Below are positions 1 to 10,490 of a stretch of DNA of 64,000 bases, in pieces. The notes beneath the pieces are model-generated. The model was not told the DNA's origin. It saw only the letters and a list, made by a program, of their open reading frames with translations, and did no database searches. The DNA is taken from assembly GCA_014801535.1 (NCBI GenBank), contig JAAVEA010000006.1, positions 51,433 to 115,432 of the forward strand, written 5' to 3'. The first letter of the stretch is position 1, and the number at the start of each line of letters is the position of its first letter. A program made the position numbers and the translations under genes. The stretch is from Bacteroides sp. GTDB taxonomy: Bacteria > Bacteroidota > Bacteroidia > Bacteroidales > Muribaculaceae.

Positions 1-1
1 A

Positions 2-382
2 AGACGCATCGAAAGTGGAGTGGAGACAGTGAAAGCTCCTCTTCCTCTGGTTGTTACAGTGAACGGTTCTGCTGATGAATGTCGTCCGCGCAATGCCCGC
101 AACGTACAGAAATATAAATATGCCGCAAGTCCTTCTGAAATAGGTGGGGATGAGGAGAAGAAAGCATTTGTCGAGAAGCGTCCCTACCTCGCAATCGGAG
201 AGTGGAACACCCAGACAGTTGAGGCAGATCTTTCACAGTGTGGTCTCGCCGGTTCTCCTACTAAGGTGAAAGGGATTGAAAATGTAGTCTTCACTGCAAA
301 AGATGCTCGCCGCGTAGAGAACAACGACGAAGAACTTGAAAACCTCATAAAGGAATTAATCGCTAACCACACAATAGGCTAA
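2..382 (+). CDS. etfB: Electron transfer flavoprotein beta subunit, C-terminal part (5'-truncated by window)
   Basis: Frame is open from base 2 (RRIESGVETVKAPLPLVVTV); GLAGSPTKV motif; directly upstream of etfA. Confidence 0.85.
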   Translation, partial: RRIESGVETVKAPLPLVVTVNGSADECRPRNARNVQKYKYAASPSEIGGDEEKKAFVEKRPYLAIGEWNTQTVEADLSQCGLAGSPTKVKGIENVVFTAKDARRVENNDEELENLIKELIANHTIG

Positions 383-389
383 AATAAAA

Positions 390-1418
390 ATGGCAACTGA
401 CAAGAATAATTTGATCGTATATTGCGAGTATGAAGATGGCAAGGTGGCCGATGTCAGCCTTGAACTTCTTACCAAGGGTCGCGCGCTTGCCGATAAACTC
501 GGTATCAAGCTTGAAGCCGTTGTGGCAGGCGACAACCTGAAAGATATTGAAAAGCAGATCTTCCCTTACGGGGTTGACCGAGTATATAAAGTGGAGGATT
601 CACGCCTTTATCCTTATACTTCTCTTCCTCACAGTTCAATACTCATAAATCTTTTCAAGGAGATTGAGCCGAGAATCGCTTTCATGGGAGCCACTTCAAT
701 CGGTCGTGACCTCGGGCCGCGTGTCTCTTCCGCACTCCATAGCGGACTTACAGCCGACTGTACGTCTCTTGAGATAGGTGATCACAAGGATGCCAAGGGG
801 AATGAATACAAGGACCTTCTACTCCAGATCCGTCCGGCATTCGGTGGTAACATAGTTGCCACTATCGTCAATCCCGAGTGCCGTCCCCAGATGGCTACCG
901 TGCGTGAGGGCGTGATGAAAAAAGAGGTGAGGGATTCCAACTATGTAGGAGAAGTTGTTGACCTTGACGTGAGCAAATACACCAACAAGGAAGACTTCGT
1001 GGTTGAGGTTATCGACCGCAACATAGAGAAATCAAAAGTAAACCTCAAAGGAAGCCCGATCATCGTTTGCGGAGGTTACGGCATGGGCAGCAAAGAGAAT
1101 TTCGGACTGCTCGAACAGCTTGCCGACGTGCTCGGTGGTGAGGTTGGCGCTACACGCGCGGCAGTTGATGCCGGGTGGGCCGATCATGACCGTCAGATAG
1201 GTCAGACAGGTGTTACAGTGCGTCCAAAGCTTTATATAGCCTGTGGCGTATCGGGTCAGATTCAGCATATCGCCGGTATGCAGGATTCATCTATCATCAT
1301 CTCCATCAACACAGATCCTAATGCTCCTATCAATGCGATCGCAGACTACGTGATCACAGGCAAGGTTGAGGATGTTGTGCCCAAATTAATCAAGTATTAT
1401 AAAAAGAATTCGAAATAA
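390..1418 (+). CDS. etfA: Electron transfer flavoprotein alpha subunit
   Basis: GLTADCT, RPAFGGN, QIGQTGVTVRPKLYIACGVSGQIQH FAD-binding signature. Confidence 0.95.
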   Translation: MATDKNNLIVYCEYEDGKVADVSLELLTKGRALADKLGIKLEAVVAGDNLKDIEKQIFPYGVDRVYKVEDSRLYPYTSLPHSSILINLFKEIEPRIAFMGATSIGRDLGPRVSSALHSGLTADCTSLEIGDHKDAKGNEYKDLLLQIRPAFGGNIVATIVNPECRPQMATVREGVMKKEVRDSNYVGEVVDLDVSKYTNKEDFVVEVIDRNIEKSKVNLKGSPIIVCGGYGMGSKENFGLLEQLADVLGGEVGATRAAVDAGWADHDRQIGQTGVTVRPKLYIACGVSGQIQHIAGMQDSSIIISINTDPNAPINAIADYVITGKVEDVVPKLIKYYKKNSK

Positions 1419-1422
1419 GGCA

Positions 1423-3126
1423 ATGGCAAATTTCTATAACGACAATCCGGCTTTCAAGCTTCATCTGAATCACCCTTTGATGGAGAAAATCGTGAAGCTG
1501 AAAGAACGTAACTTCGCGGATGCAGAAAAATATGACTATGCACCTCAGAATTTTGAGGATGCAATGGATAGCTATGATCGTGTTCTCGACATTGTCGGCG
1601 ACCTCTGCGGCAATATTATTGCAGAGAATGCCGAGGATGTTGACCATCAGGGTCCACGTGTGGAGAATAGCCGCGTGATATATGCCGACGGAACAAAGAA
1701 GAACCTTGATGCCTGCCGTAAGGCCGGACTCATGGGTATGTCAATGCCTCGTCGTCTCGGCGGTCTGAATTTCCCGATCACCCCTTACATCATGGCAGCC
1801 GATATGGTGAGCCGTGCCGATGCCGGTTTCGAGAATCTCTGGGGTCTTCAGGATTGTGCCGAGACAATCTATGAGTTCGGAAGCGAGGAACAGCTTGAGA
1901 AATATATTCCGCGTGTATGTGCCGGCGAGACCATGTCGATGGACCTCACCGAGCCCGATGCAGGTTCCGACCTTCAGTCGGTTATGCTAAAGGCCACTCA
2001 GAAAGAAGACGGATCATGGGTGCTCAACGGTGTGAAGCGATTCATCACCAATGGTGACTCAGACATTCACTTGGTTCTTGCACGCTCTGAGGAAGGCACG
2101 AAGGATGGTCGTGGTCTTTCCATGTTCATTTACGACAAGCGCAACGGTGGTGTTGATGTCCGCCGCATAGAGAACAAGATGGGTATCAAGGGAAGTCCGA
2201 CATGCGAGCTCGTATATAAGGATGCACCTGCCGAGCTTGTAGGAAGCACTCGTCTCGGACTCATAAAATATGTGATGGCTCTTATGAACGGCGCACGTCT
2301 CGGTATCGCCGCTCAGAGTGTCGGTATCAGCGAAGCTGCATATCGCGAGGCTCTGCAGTATGCCAAGGAGCGCAAGCAATTCGGCAAGGAGATCATCAAT
2401 TTCCCTGCGGTAGCCGAGATTCTTTCCACAATGAAGGCAAAACTCGACGCAAGCCGCACTCTCCTCTATGCATGTTCACGTTTTGTGGATATCTATAAGA
2501 TTTATGACGATATCGCCAAAGAACGTAAACTCGAGATGGATGAGAAGAAAGAGGCAAAATATTACAGCCGTCTTGCCGATGCATTCACACCACTTGCAAA
2601 GGGAATGACTTCAGAGTTCTGTAACCAGAATGCCTACGATGCCATCCAGATTCATGGTGGATCCGGTTTCATGAAAGATTATGCCTGCGAGCGTATCTAT
2701 CGTGACGCACGTATCACTTCCATCTATGAAGGAACAACACAGCTTCAGGTTGTGGCAGCTATTCGCCACGTCACCACCGGAACTTATCTCAACTGGATCA
2801 AGGAACAGCAGGCAATGGAGGTTGCAGCCGAAGACGAGAACGTTAAGGCTACCCTCGATTTCATGACCCAGCAGTATGCTGATGCAGTGGAGAAAGTAGC
2901 AGGGCAGAAAAACGACGAGCTTCTTGACTTCATGGCACGCCGCCTTGTCGAGATGGCCGGCTACACAGTTATGGGTTATCTTCTTCTCTCCGATGCACAA
3001 CGTGACGAGGAGAGCCGCCGTTCGCTCCATGTCTTTGTAAAGATGGGGCAGGCCGAGGTGGCTAAACATGTAAGCTTCATCGAGAACTTCATGGTTGATC
3101 AGCTGTCTGATTATTTGTATAAGTGA
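1423..3126 (+). CDS. Acyl-CoA dehydrogenase family protein
   Basis: MDLTEPDAGSD, LNGVKRFITNG, QIHGGSG, ITSIYEGTTQLQ; operon with etfBA. Confidence 0.93.
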   Translation: MANFYNDNPAFKLHLNHPLMEKIVKLKERNFADAEKYDYAPQNFEDAMDSYDRVLDIVGDLCGNIIAENAEDVDHQGPRVENSRVIYADGTKKNLDACRKAGLMGMSMPRRLGGLNFPITPYIMAADMVSRADAGFENLWGLQDCAETIYEFGSEEQLEKYIPRVCAGETMSMDLTEPDAGSDLQSVMLKATQKEDGSWVLNGVKRFITNGDSDIHLVLARSEEGTKDGRGLSMFIYDKRNGGVDVRRIENKMGIKGSPTCELVYKDAPAELVGSTRLGLIKYVMALMNGARLGIAAQSVGISEAAYREALQYAKERKQFGKEIINFPAVAEILSTMKAKLDASRTLLYACSRFVDIYKIYDDIAKERKLEMDEKKEAKYYSRLADAFTPLAKGMTSEFCNQNAYDAIQIHGGSGFMKDYACERIYRDARITSIYEGTTQLQVVAAIRHVTTGTYLNWIKEQQAMEVAAEDENVKATLDFMTQQYADAVEKVAGQKNDELLDFMARRLVEMAGYTVMGYLLLSDAQRDEESRRSLHVFVKMGQAEVAKHVSFIENFMVDQLSDYLYK

Positions 3127-3137
3127 AAATAATTTAT

Positions 3138-3194
3138 TAACTTTGCGGCGGTTTTCGGCTTCAGGGTACTTCCCGGGGGAGAGAACCGCCGCAA
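3138..3194 (+). promoter_or_regulatory. TAACTTTG -7 promoter and structured rpsF leader (candidate S6:S18 autoregulatory leader)
   Basis: TAACTTTG at 3138-3145; stem TTGCGGCGGTTTTC (3143-3156) pairs with GAGAACCGCCGCAA (3181-3194). Confidence 0.5.
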
Positions 3195-3224
3195 ATAATT
3201 TAAATTCACAATAGTATAAAACGT

Positions 3225-3611
3225 ATGAATTATTACGAAACCGTTTTCATTTTAACTCCCGTTTTGTCTGATGATCAGATGAAGGAAGCGGTAGAGAAAT
3301 TCAAAGACGTTCTTACAGCCAATGGCTGCGAGATAGTCAATGAAGAGCTTTGGGGTCTGCGCAAGCTCGCATATCCTATCCAGAAGAAATCAACCGGCTT
3401 CTATGTATTGGTTGAATTCAAGGGTGAGCCGACAATTGTAAAGAAGCTTGAAACAGCTTATCGTCGTGACGAGCGCGTGCTCCGCTTCCTCACATTCCGT
3501 CTTGACAAGTATGCTCAGGAGTATGCAGAGAAGCGTCGCAAAGTAAGAGCTCAGAAAGCAAATGAGAAACCCGCTGAGGCACAGGCTGAGGCTAAAACAC
3601 AGGAGGCATAA
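3225..3611 (+). CDS. rpsF: 30S ribosomal protein S6
   Basis: [19 protein letters not shown] motifs. Confidence 0.97.
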   Translation: MNYYETVFILTPVLSDDQMKEAVEKFKDVLTANGCEIVNEELWGLRKLAYPIQKKSTGFYVLVEFKGEPTIVKKLETAYRRDERVLRFLTFRLDKYAQEYAEKRRKVRAQKANEKPAEAQAEAKTQEA

Positions 3612-3613
3612 TC

Positions 3614-3880
3614 ATGGCAGCACAGAACGAAATCCGTTATCTCACCCCCCTCTCGGTCGACACCAAGAAGAAGAAATATTGCCGTTTCAAACGCAGCGGT
3701 ATCAAGTATATAGATTACAAGGATCCTGAGTTCCTCAAGAAGTTCCTCAACGAACAAGGTAAGATTCTTCCCCGTCGTATCACCGGTACTTCTCTCAAGT
3801 TTCAGCGTCGTGTGGCACAGGCCGTGAAGCGTGCGCGTCATCTCGCCCTTCTTCCTTTCGTAACCGACTTGATGAAATAA
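3614..3880 (+). CDS. rpsR: 30S ribosomal protein S18
   Basis: IDYKD...[11 protein letters not shown]...[13 protein letters not shown]. Confidence 0.97.
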   Translation: MAAQNEIRYLTPLSVDTKKKKYCRFKRSGIKYIDYKDPEFLKKFLNEQGKILPRRITGTSLKFQRRVAQAVKRARHLALLPFVTDLMK

Positions 3881-3908
3881 TCGTTTTTAATTAAAGATCA
3901 ACACAACA

Positions 3909-4352
3909 ATGAAAGTCATACTTAAAGAAAATGTACCCGGACTGGGTTACAAAGACGATGTGGTTGAGGTTAAGGACGGTTATGGCCGCAATTACCTCAT
4001 TCCGCAGGGAATAGCTATCATCGCATCAAACGCTGCCCTCAAGCGTCTTGCGGAGGATCAGAAACAGCGTGCACATAAGATTGCCAAGGCTCGTGCAGAG
4101 GCTGAGGCAGCAGCTGCAGCTCTCGAGGGTGTTAAGCTGACAATCGGTGCAAAGACAAGTGCGACAGGAACAGTTTTCGGTTCAGTAAACGCTATCCAGA
4201 TTGCAGACGCTCTTGAAAAAGCCGGCCACACTGTTGACCGCAAGCTTATCGTGCTCAAAGAGCCTGTTAAGGAGGTTGGTACTTATACCGCAACTGTTAA
4301 ATTCCTCAAGGACGTTATTGCAGAAGTTGAATTCGAGGTTGTATCTGAGTAA
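3909..4352 (+). CDS. rplI: 50S ribosomal protein L9
   Basis: MKVILKENVPGLG...VKDGYGRNYLIP. Confidence 0.97.
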   Translation: MKVILKENVPGLGYKDDVVEVKDGYGRNYLIPQGIAIIASNAALKRLAEDQKQRAHKIAKARAEAEAAAAALEGVKLTIGAKTSATGTVFGSVNAIQIADALEKAGHTVDRKLIVLKEPVKEVGTYTATVKFLKDVIAEVEFEVVSE

Positions 4353-4376
4353 TTCAATTTTTTAAATAGAATATAT

Positions 4377-4414
4377 GCAGGCCGCAGGGAGAAATCCATG
4401 CGGCCTGTTTCTTT
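4377..4414 (+). terminator. Intrinsic terminator of rpsF-rpsR-rplI
   Basis: GCAGGCCGCAGGGA-GAAA-TCCATGCGGCCTGT followed by TTCTTT. Confidence 0.75.
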
Positions 4415-4624
4415 GCATAATACCGTGGAAATTATCAGACTGTAAATTTAACGTTCGGTGAAGGGGATTAATTTAAAAAAGGTGAGTGGAAGAGAAGGAA
4501 TCTTGCTAAATTTTGTTATCTTTGCATATTGAAAAGCTGTGCGTTGACGTTACTTATAGAGACATTCAGGCGTCTGTAATGAAAAGCTAACGTATCTTGC
4601 ACCGGCATCGGATTTTATTCGCCC

Positions 4625-4647
4625 GGACGCACCATGGTGCGTTTCTA
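4625..4647 (-). repeat. REP-like short palindrome, copy 1
   Basis: TAGAAACGCACCATGGTGCGTCC on - strand; related copies at 20548, 43649, 55590. Confidence 0.55.
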
Positions 4648-4715
4648 TATCGTGGTGAATAGTTGCCGGAATATGGAGCTTTGTTACTTAACTATAAAAA
4701 ACAACACAATTATAT

Positions 4716-5837
4716 ATGAAATTCAATGTATCCGGTAAAACCTTTCAGACGCAGCTTCAGGCTGTGAGTAAGGTAATAAATGCAAAGAACGCATTGTCGA
4801 TTCTCGATAACTTCCTTCTTCGTGTGGAGGGAGACCGGTTGAGTATAACGGGAAGCGATCAGGAAAATGTGATGACAGCCTACATGGAGATTACCGAGAG
4901 CGAATGCGACGGTCAGATCGCCGTGCCTGCAAAACGACTTCTTGAGGTGATTAAGGAGATTGCAAGCCAGCCTCTCACGTTTGATATCAATGATTCCACA
5001 AAAGAGGTTGATATCCGCTTCCTTAACGGGCATTTCAACTTCATGGGCGTGGATGCCGCGGAATATCCTCTCAGCCGCAAACCCGATGAAGATGCGCGCA
5101 CAATGATTTTTCCGGCCACGGTGGTTCAGAAAGGTATTGACAACACTCTTTTCGCTGTCAGTTCCGACAATGTGCGCCCGATCATGACCGGTATATATTG
5201 GGATATTCATGACACAGACATAACATTTGTCAGCTCAGACACCCATAAGCTCGTCAGATATATCAATCGCGAATATGCCCCGGGGTTTCCGGCTTCATTC
5301 ATCATGCCTGCTAAACCGGCCGGAATATTACGCAGCATCATAGGGAAAGATGACGCGGATATTAAACTCACCTTTGACAGCAAGGGAGCAGTGTTTGAGA
5401 TCGGCGACTACATATTATCATGTCTCTTCATCAAGGGTAATTATCCGAATTACAACCGTGTGATACCCACTGACAGCCCGTTTGCCCTTACCGTAGACCG
5501 TCTGTCACTTCTGACTGCCCTGCGACGTGTATGCATATTCGCTGCAAAGTCTTCAAATCTTGTGGTTCTGGATCTGGGTGCTACCGGTGTCAAGATTTCA
5601 TCACAGGATCTGGACTACAGCACATCGGCCGACGAACATGTGGCATGTGATTACGAAGGAAATCAGATGACCATCGGATTCAACGGACAGTTCATGATAG
5701 AGATTCTTAATAACCTTCACGATGATACGGTTGTGATCAAAATGTCGGATCCTGCGCGTCCGGGAGTTTACACTCCGCTCAATCAGGGAGAGAATGAAGA
5801 AGTGCTGACAATACAGATGCCGATGCAAGTATTATGA
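4716..5837 (+). CDS. dnaN: DNA polymerase III beta sliding clamp
   Basis: 373 aa; SSDTHKL, GNYPNYNRVIP, IGFNGQF, C-terminal QMPM; upstream TATCTTTG at 4517-4524. Confidence 0.96.
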   Translation: MKFNVSGKTFQTQLQAVSKVINAKNALSILDNFLLRVEGDRLSITGSDQENVMTAYMEITESECDGQIAVPAKRLLEVIKEIASQPLTFDINDSTKEVDIRFLNGHFNFMGVDAAEYPLSRKPDEDARTMIFPATVVQKGIDNTLFAVSSDNVRPIMTGIYWDIHDTDITFVSSDTHKLVRYINREYAPGFPASFIMPAKPAGILRSIIGKDDADIKLTFDSKGAVFEIGDYILSCLFIKGNYPNYNRVIPTDSPFALTVDRLSLLTALRRVCIFAAKSSNLVVLDLGATGVKISSQDLDYSTSADEHVACDYEGNQMTIGFNGQFMIEILNNLHDDTVVIKMSDPARPGVYTPLNQGENEEVLTIQMPMQVL

Positions 5838-6604
5838 AACTGAATCTGACACGTCCTATAATATTTTTTGATCTTGAAACCACAGGTACCAACGTGGTGA
5901 AAGATCGTATCGTGGAGTTGAGTTACATCAAGGTTTATCCTGACGGACGCGAAGAAACCAAGTCGCGCCGCATTAATCCGGAAATGCATATACCGGAGCA
6001 GGCTACAGCCGTGCATCATATCACAGATGATGATGTTAAAGATGAGCCTACATTCCGTCAGGTGTCGAAGGCATTGCTTGCCATTTTCGATGGATGCGAC
6101 ATTGCGGGATACAACAGCAATAAATTCGATGTGCCTCTTCTAATAGAAGAGTTTGCGCGTGTAGGACTTAATTTTGATATCTCCGGGCGTAATTTCATTG
6201 ATGTTCAGAACATTTTCCATAAGATGGAGCAGCGCACCCTCGTGGCGGCATACCGTTTCTATTGTGGCAAAGAGCTCGATGGAGCGCACTCGGCCTTATG
6301 CGACACTCAGGCAACATATGAGGTGCTGAAAAGTCAGCTCGAGCGTTACGACACTCTGGAGAATGATGTGGAGAAATTGGCGGAGTTTTCGAGAGCGGGA
6401 AGAGGGATTGACCTTGCCGCGCGTTTTGTGCTCGATGATAATGATGTTCCTATAATGAACTTTGGTAAGCACAAAGGGAAACCGGTAAAAGAGGTGTTTA
6501 AGAAAGAGCCGTCGTTCTACGCCTGGATGATGCAGGGCGACTTCGCACGTAATACAAAAGATGTTGCCACACGTTTCTATAACGAAGTAAGGCAGGGTAA
6601 ATGA
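5834..6604 (+). CDS. DEDDh 3'-5' exonuclease (DNA polymerase III epsilon-like)
   Basis: FFDLETTG, GYNSNKFD, AHSALCD motifs; C-terminal FGKHKG. Confidence 0.9.
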   Translation: MKLNLTRPIIFFDLETTGTNVVKDRIVELSYIKVYPDGREETKSRRINPEMHIPEQATAVHHITDDDVKDEPTFRQVSKALLAIFDGCDIAGYNSNKFDVPLLIEEFARVGLNFDISGRNFIDVQNIFHKMEQRTLVAAYRFYCGKELDGAHSALCDTQATYEVLKSQLERYDTLENDVEKLAEFSRAGRGIDLAARFVLDDNDVPIMNFGKHKGKPVKEVFKKEPSFYAWMMQGDFARNTKDVATRFYNEVRQGK

Positions 6605-6655
6605 GACTGAGAACCCCACGGAACGGCTTCTCATAAACCATAAAACAGATATAAG

Positions 6656-7879
6656 ATGGGATCCTTAGAAGGGAAACATATAGTATTGGGAATTACAGGA
6701 GGAATCGCTGCATATAAGTCGGCGGTTCTTCTGCGGTTATTGATAAAGCGTGGAGCGGAGGTGCAAGTGGTGATGACTCCGTCAGCTAAAGAATTCATCA
6801 CTCCCGTTACTCTTTCGGCTTTGAGCGGAAAACCCGTGGTGAGCGAATTTTTCACGGCCAATACGGGGGAATGGCATAGCCACGTGGATCTCGGGCTATG
6901 GGCCGATCTTATGATCGTTGCTCCCGCCACAGCCTCCACTCTTGGTAAAATGGCCAACGGGATAGCCGACAATATGCTTGTCACAACATATCTCTCAGCC
7001 AAGGAACATGTGATGGTGGCTCCTGCCATGGATCTTGATATGTATGCATCACCGTCGACCCGCCGTAACCTTGCCACACTTGCCGCCGATGGAGTGGAGA
7101 TCATTGAAGCGGCAGAAGGGGAGCTTGCATCACATCTTGTCGGCAAGGGACGCATGGCGGAACCCGAAGAGATTGTGGAACGGGCGGAACGTTTCTTTTC
7201 CCGTCGGCAGGATATGGTCGGAATGAAAGTGGCCATAACTGTCGGCCCAACTTATGAGAAGATCGACCCCGTTAGATTCATAGGGAATTATTCAAGTGGC
7301 AAGATGGGCTTCGCGCTTGCTGAAGAATGCGTCTCAAGAGGGGCGGAGGTGATCGCCGTTACAGGTCCGGTAGCGGCTTATCCGTCTGATTCCAGGATCA
7401 ACATAGTGAAGGTAGAGAGCGCTTTGGAAATGAACGAAGAAGCTCTCAAAGCTTTCCGTACGGCCGATATCGGTATTTTTGCAGCGGCCGTTGCTGACTA
7501 TCGTCCGGAAACATACTCCGATCATAAAATTAAACGTGAGGGAAAGGATGAGATGATTATCAGGCTTGTAAAGAATCCGGACATATCTTCAAATGTATCT
7601 GAAGAGAAGAAAGAAGGGAGCATTCTCGTGGGGTTCGCTCTTGAGACGGATGATGCACTCGACAATGCCCACAAAAAACTCGAAAAGAAGAATCTTGACA
7701 TGATTGTTTTGAATTCTCTTGAAGATAAAGGGGCCGGATTCCGTACGGATACAAATAAAGTTACAGTGATTGCACGTGATGGTTTTAAAAAGGCCTTTCC
7801 GTTGAAATATAAAAGAGAAGTTGCGGCAGATATTGTGGATATCATATTGGAGCAGCAGAAAAAAATAAAGATAAAATGA
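6656..7879 (+). CDS. coaBC: Phosphopantothenoylcysteine decarboxylase/ligase
   Basis: GITGGIAAYK, APAMD, IDPVRFIGNYSSGKMG, AAVADY, GFALET. Confidence 0.96.
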   Translation: MGSLEGKHIVLGITGGIAAYKSAVLLRLLIKRGAEVQVVMTPSAKEFITPVTLSALSGKPVVSEFFTANTGEWHSHVDLGLWADLMIVAPATASTLGKMANGIADNMLVTTYLSAKEHVMVAPAMDLDMYASPSTRRNLATLAADGVEIIEAAEGELASHLVGKGRMAEPEEIVERAERFFSRRQDMVGMKVAITVGPTYEKIDPVRFIGNYSSGKMGFALAEECVSRGAEVIAVTGPVAAYPSDSRINIVKVESALEMNEEALKAFRTADIGIFAAAVADYRPETYSDHKIKREGKDEMIIRLVKNPDISSNVSEEKKEGSILVGFALETDDALDNAHKKLEKKNLDMIVLNSLEDKGAGFRTDTNKVTVIARDGFKKAFPLKYKREVAADIVDIILEQQKKIKIK

Positions 7880-8796
7880 AGAAATATAATCTCTCCTATT
7901 GTGTAGCACTTGTTTTTGGAGTATTCATGAACGTAATGCACATGCAGGCTCAGGAACTACGATGCAACGTTGAGGTCAATACGCAGCAGATTGAGGGTAC
8001 GAATAAAAGTGTGTTTGAGACTCTTCAGGAGGCTATGAACACTTATATGAATGAAACCAAATTCACTAACGCAACTTTTTCACCGAATGAAAAGATTGAA
8101 TGTCGTCTTTTCCTTACGGTGGCAGAATATAATGATGACCGGATAAAGGGAGATCTACAGGTGCAGCTCTCGCGTCCGGTCTACAACAGCACCTATACTA
8201 CCACCTTGTTCAACTTCCGCGACTCCAAGGTAGAGTTTGATTATAGGGACGGAGACCCGCTGGTGTTCAATGAAAATAATGAAGAGAACAATCTTACAGC
8301 AATTCTCGACTATTACGCTTACCTCCTTCTCGGACTTGATTTCGACAGTTTCTCACCGAATGGCGGCCAACCCTATTTCGACAAGGCAGCAGCAATTGTT
8401 CAGCAGATGCAGAGCAGTGGAGAAGTGGGGTGGCGCACATTTGAAGATACAAAAAATCGCGCGGCGGTATTAAATAGCTTTACAGATGCGAATACATCCG
8501 GAATGCGGAGGCTTCTATATAATTATCACCGCAAGGGTCTTGATGAAATGGTTACGAGTCCCGATAAGGGTAGAGCTGTGATAACCGAATCGCTTAATGA
8601 ACTCAAAGGTGTTTATTCAAACGCACCCATGTCGGTTGCACTTTCGATATTCCGCGATTCGAAGCTTGATGAACTTGTCAATGTCTATTCAAAGGCTCCT
8701 CAGACTGAGCGACAGACCGTTTATGATCTGCTGCAACCCATCTATCCCACCGAGTCTAACCGCCTTGACAAAATAAGAAACCCTGAAAACAATTGA
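7876..8796 (+). CDS. Exported Bacteroidota protein (DUF4835-like)
   Basis: Signal peptide then AQELRCNVEV, SRPVYNSTY, DFDSFS; conserved coaBC-recN context. Confidence 0.7.
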   Translation: MKKYNLSYCVALVFGVFMNVMHMQAQELRCNVEVNTQQIEGTNKSVFETLQEAMNTYMNETKFTNATFSPNEKIECRLFLTVAEYNDDRIKGDLQVQLSRPVYNSTYTTTLFNFRDSKVEFDYRDGDPLVFNENNEENNLTAILDYYAYLLLGLDFDSFSPNGGQPYFDKAAAIVQQMQSSGEVGWRTFEDTKNRAAVLNSFTDANTSGMRRLLYNYHRKGLDEMVTSPDKGRAVITESLNELKGVYSNAPMSVALSIFRDSKLDELVNVYSKAPQTERQTVYDLLQPIYPTESNRLDKIRNPENN

Positions 8797-8799
8797 GAA

Positions 8800-10473
8800 A
8801 TGCTTGAAAAACTTATAATAAAGAATTATGCACTTATCGATAGTCTTGAATTGGATTTTCACGACGGCCTGACTATTCTGACCGGAGAGACCGGAGCAGG
8901 AAAATCGATAATGCTGGGTGCCCTCTCCCTCCTTTTGGGCGGACGGGCTGACACGCGCGTCATCTCTGACGGCGGAAGCAAATCGATTGTAGAAGCGCTC
9001 TTCACCGGCATTGATGAAGACCTGAAAGAATTTTTCGATCGTAATGATCTTGAATGGAATGATGGTGATGTTATAATCCGTCGCGAGATCGCTCAGAACG
9101 GGAGATCGCGCGCGTTTATAAATGACCGTCCGGTAACACTCGGCATACTTTCTCAACTTTCGGAACAGCTGATAGATATTCATTCGCAACATGCCAACGC
9201 ACGTATAAACGACCCACAGGCACAGCTTGAGATTGTTGACGTGATGGCCGACAACGAAAGTCTGCGCAAGGATTATCTTGAAGACTTCGCATCCTATGTA
9301 AATCTAAGAAGCCGAATACATAGACTGCGCGAGAATATAGAGAAATCAAAAGAAAACAGCGAGTTCATGCGTTTTCAGCTGGAACAACTGAATAAACTTA
9401 ATCCAAAGAAAGGAGAACTTGAGAAAATTGAATCGCGTTTTGAGCTTCTGAGCGATGCCGATGATATAAAGGAACGAATGTCGGGTGTGGCTTCCATTCT
9501 GGGGGGCTACGATGGGGGAGTGCTTGACCGGCTGAGTGAAGTGAGGTCGCTCATCTCGGGAATCGACATGAAGATGTTTGAATCAGATGAAGATGAACCG
9601 GGAATTGAGGAACGTCTGGAAAGCGTTTTCATAGAATTGAAAGATATTTTTGAAACGGTAGAGGATTACGCTTCCTCGATAGATTCCGATCCTAAGGCAC
9701 TTGCACGCACATCGGAAAGGATGAACAACTATTATGAGGCAGTGAAGCGTTTCCGTGTAAAAAATGCCGATGAGCTTGTCGACCTCAAGGAGGAATTGGA
9801 GGAGAAGCTTCGTGTAATAGACTATGGAGATTCCGAGCTTCCCGAACTTGAAAAAGAATATAAGGCACGTGGAAAGGCGCTGAAGGAACGTGCAGACATT
9901 CTCACCGCTTCACGACATCGGGCCGCTCAGGATTTTGCCGCCATTCTTAATGAAACTGCCAGACCTCTCGGACTGAAAAATATGGAATTCAGTGTCGGTT
10001 TTCAGGTCGGTAAGCTCACACCACAGGGACAGGATAAGGTGGAGTTCCTTTGCGCATTTAATAAGAATCAGACTCCGGGACCTGTCGCTAAGATCGCTTC
10101 CGGAGGTGAGATTTCTCGTCTGATGCTCTCACTTAAGCGTATACTTGCGTCAAGAATGAAACTGCCTACCATTATCTTTGATGAAGTTGACACCGGGGTT
10201 TCAGGAGAAATAGCCGATAAGATGGGCGAGATGATGGTTGTGATGAGTAAGGATATGCAGGTGATGACCATTACGCATCTTCCGCAGGTGGCAGCAAAAG
10301 GTAAGAGTCATTTCAAGGTGTATAAGAACGACGGAAATGATAAGACCAATACACACGTTCGTGAACTTAAACCGGAAGAACGAGTCAGAGAGATAGCCGG
10401 AATGATGAGCGGACGCAATGTGACCGAGGCCGCTCTGGGGAATGCCCGTGCACTATTAAAAGGAAAAATTTAA
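8800..10473 (+). CDS. recN: DNA repair protein RecN
   Basis: GETGAGKS Walker A, SGGEISR signature, IIFDEVD, ITHLPQVA. Confidence 0.96.
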   Translation: MLEKLIIKNYALIDSLELDFHDGLTILTGETGAGKSIMLGALSLLLGGRADTRVISDGGSKSIVEALFTGIDEDLKEFFDRNDLEWNDGDVIIRREIAQNGRSRAFINDRPVTLGILSQLSEQLIDIHSQHANARINDPQAQLEIVDVMADNESLRKDYLEDFASYVNLRSRIHRLRENIEKSKENSEFMRFQLEQLNKLNPKKGELEKIESRFELLSDADDIKERMSGVASILGGYDGGVLDRLSEVRSLISGIDMKMFESDEDEPGIEERLESVFIELKDIFETVEDYASSIDSDPKALARTSERMNNYYEAVKRFRVKNADELVDLKEELEEKLRVIDYGDSELPELEKEYKARGKALKERADILTASRHRAAQDFAAILNETARPLGLKNMEFSVGFQVGKLTPQGQDKVEFLCAFNKNQTPGPVAKIASGGEISRLMLSLKRILASRMKLPTIIFDEVDTGVSGEIADKMGEMMVVMSKDMQVMTITHLPQVAAKGKSHFKVYKNDGNDKTNTHVRELKPEERVREIAGMMSGRNVTEAALGNARALLKGKI

Positions 10474-10490
10474 CAAACATACTCTGAGAG

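Noticed and set aside
6631-7236. 201-aa antisense ORF over coaBC, and the many other short nested ORFs in the track
   Set aside because: They lie within well-supported genes and lack protein-like features.
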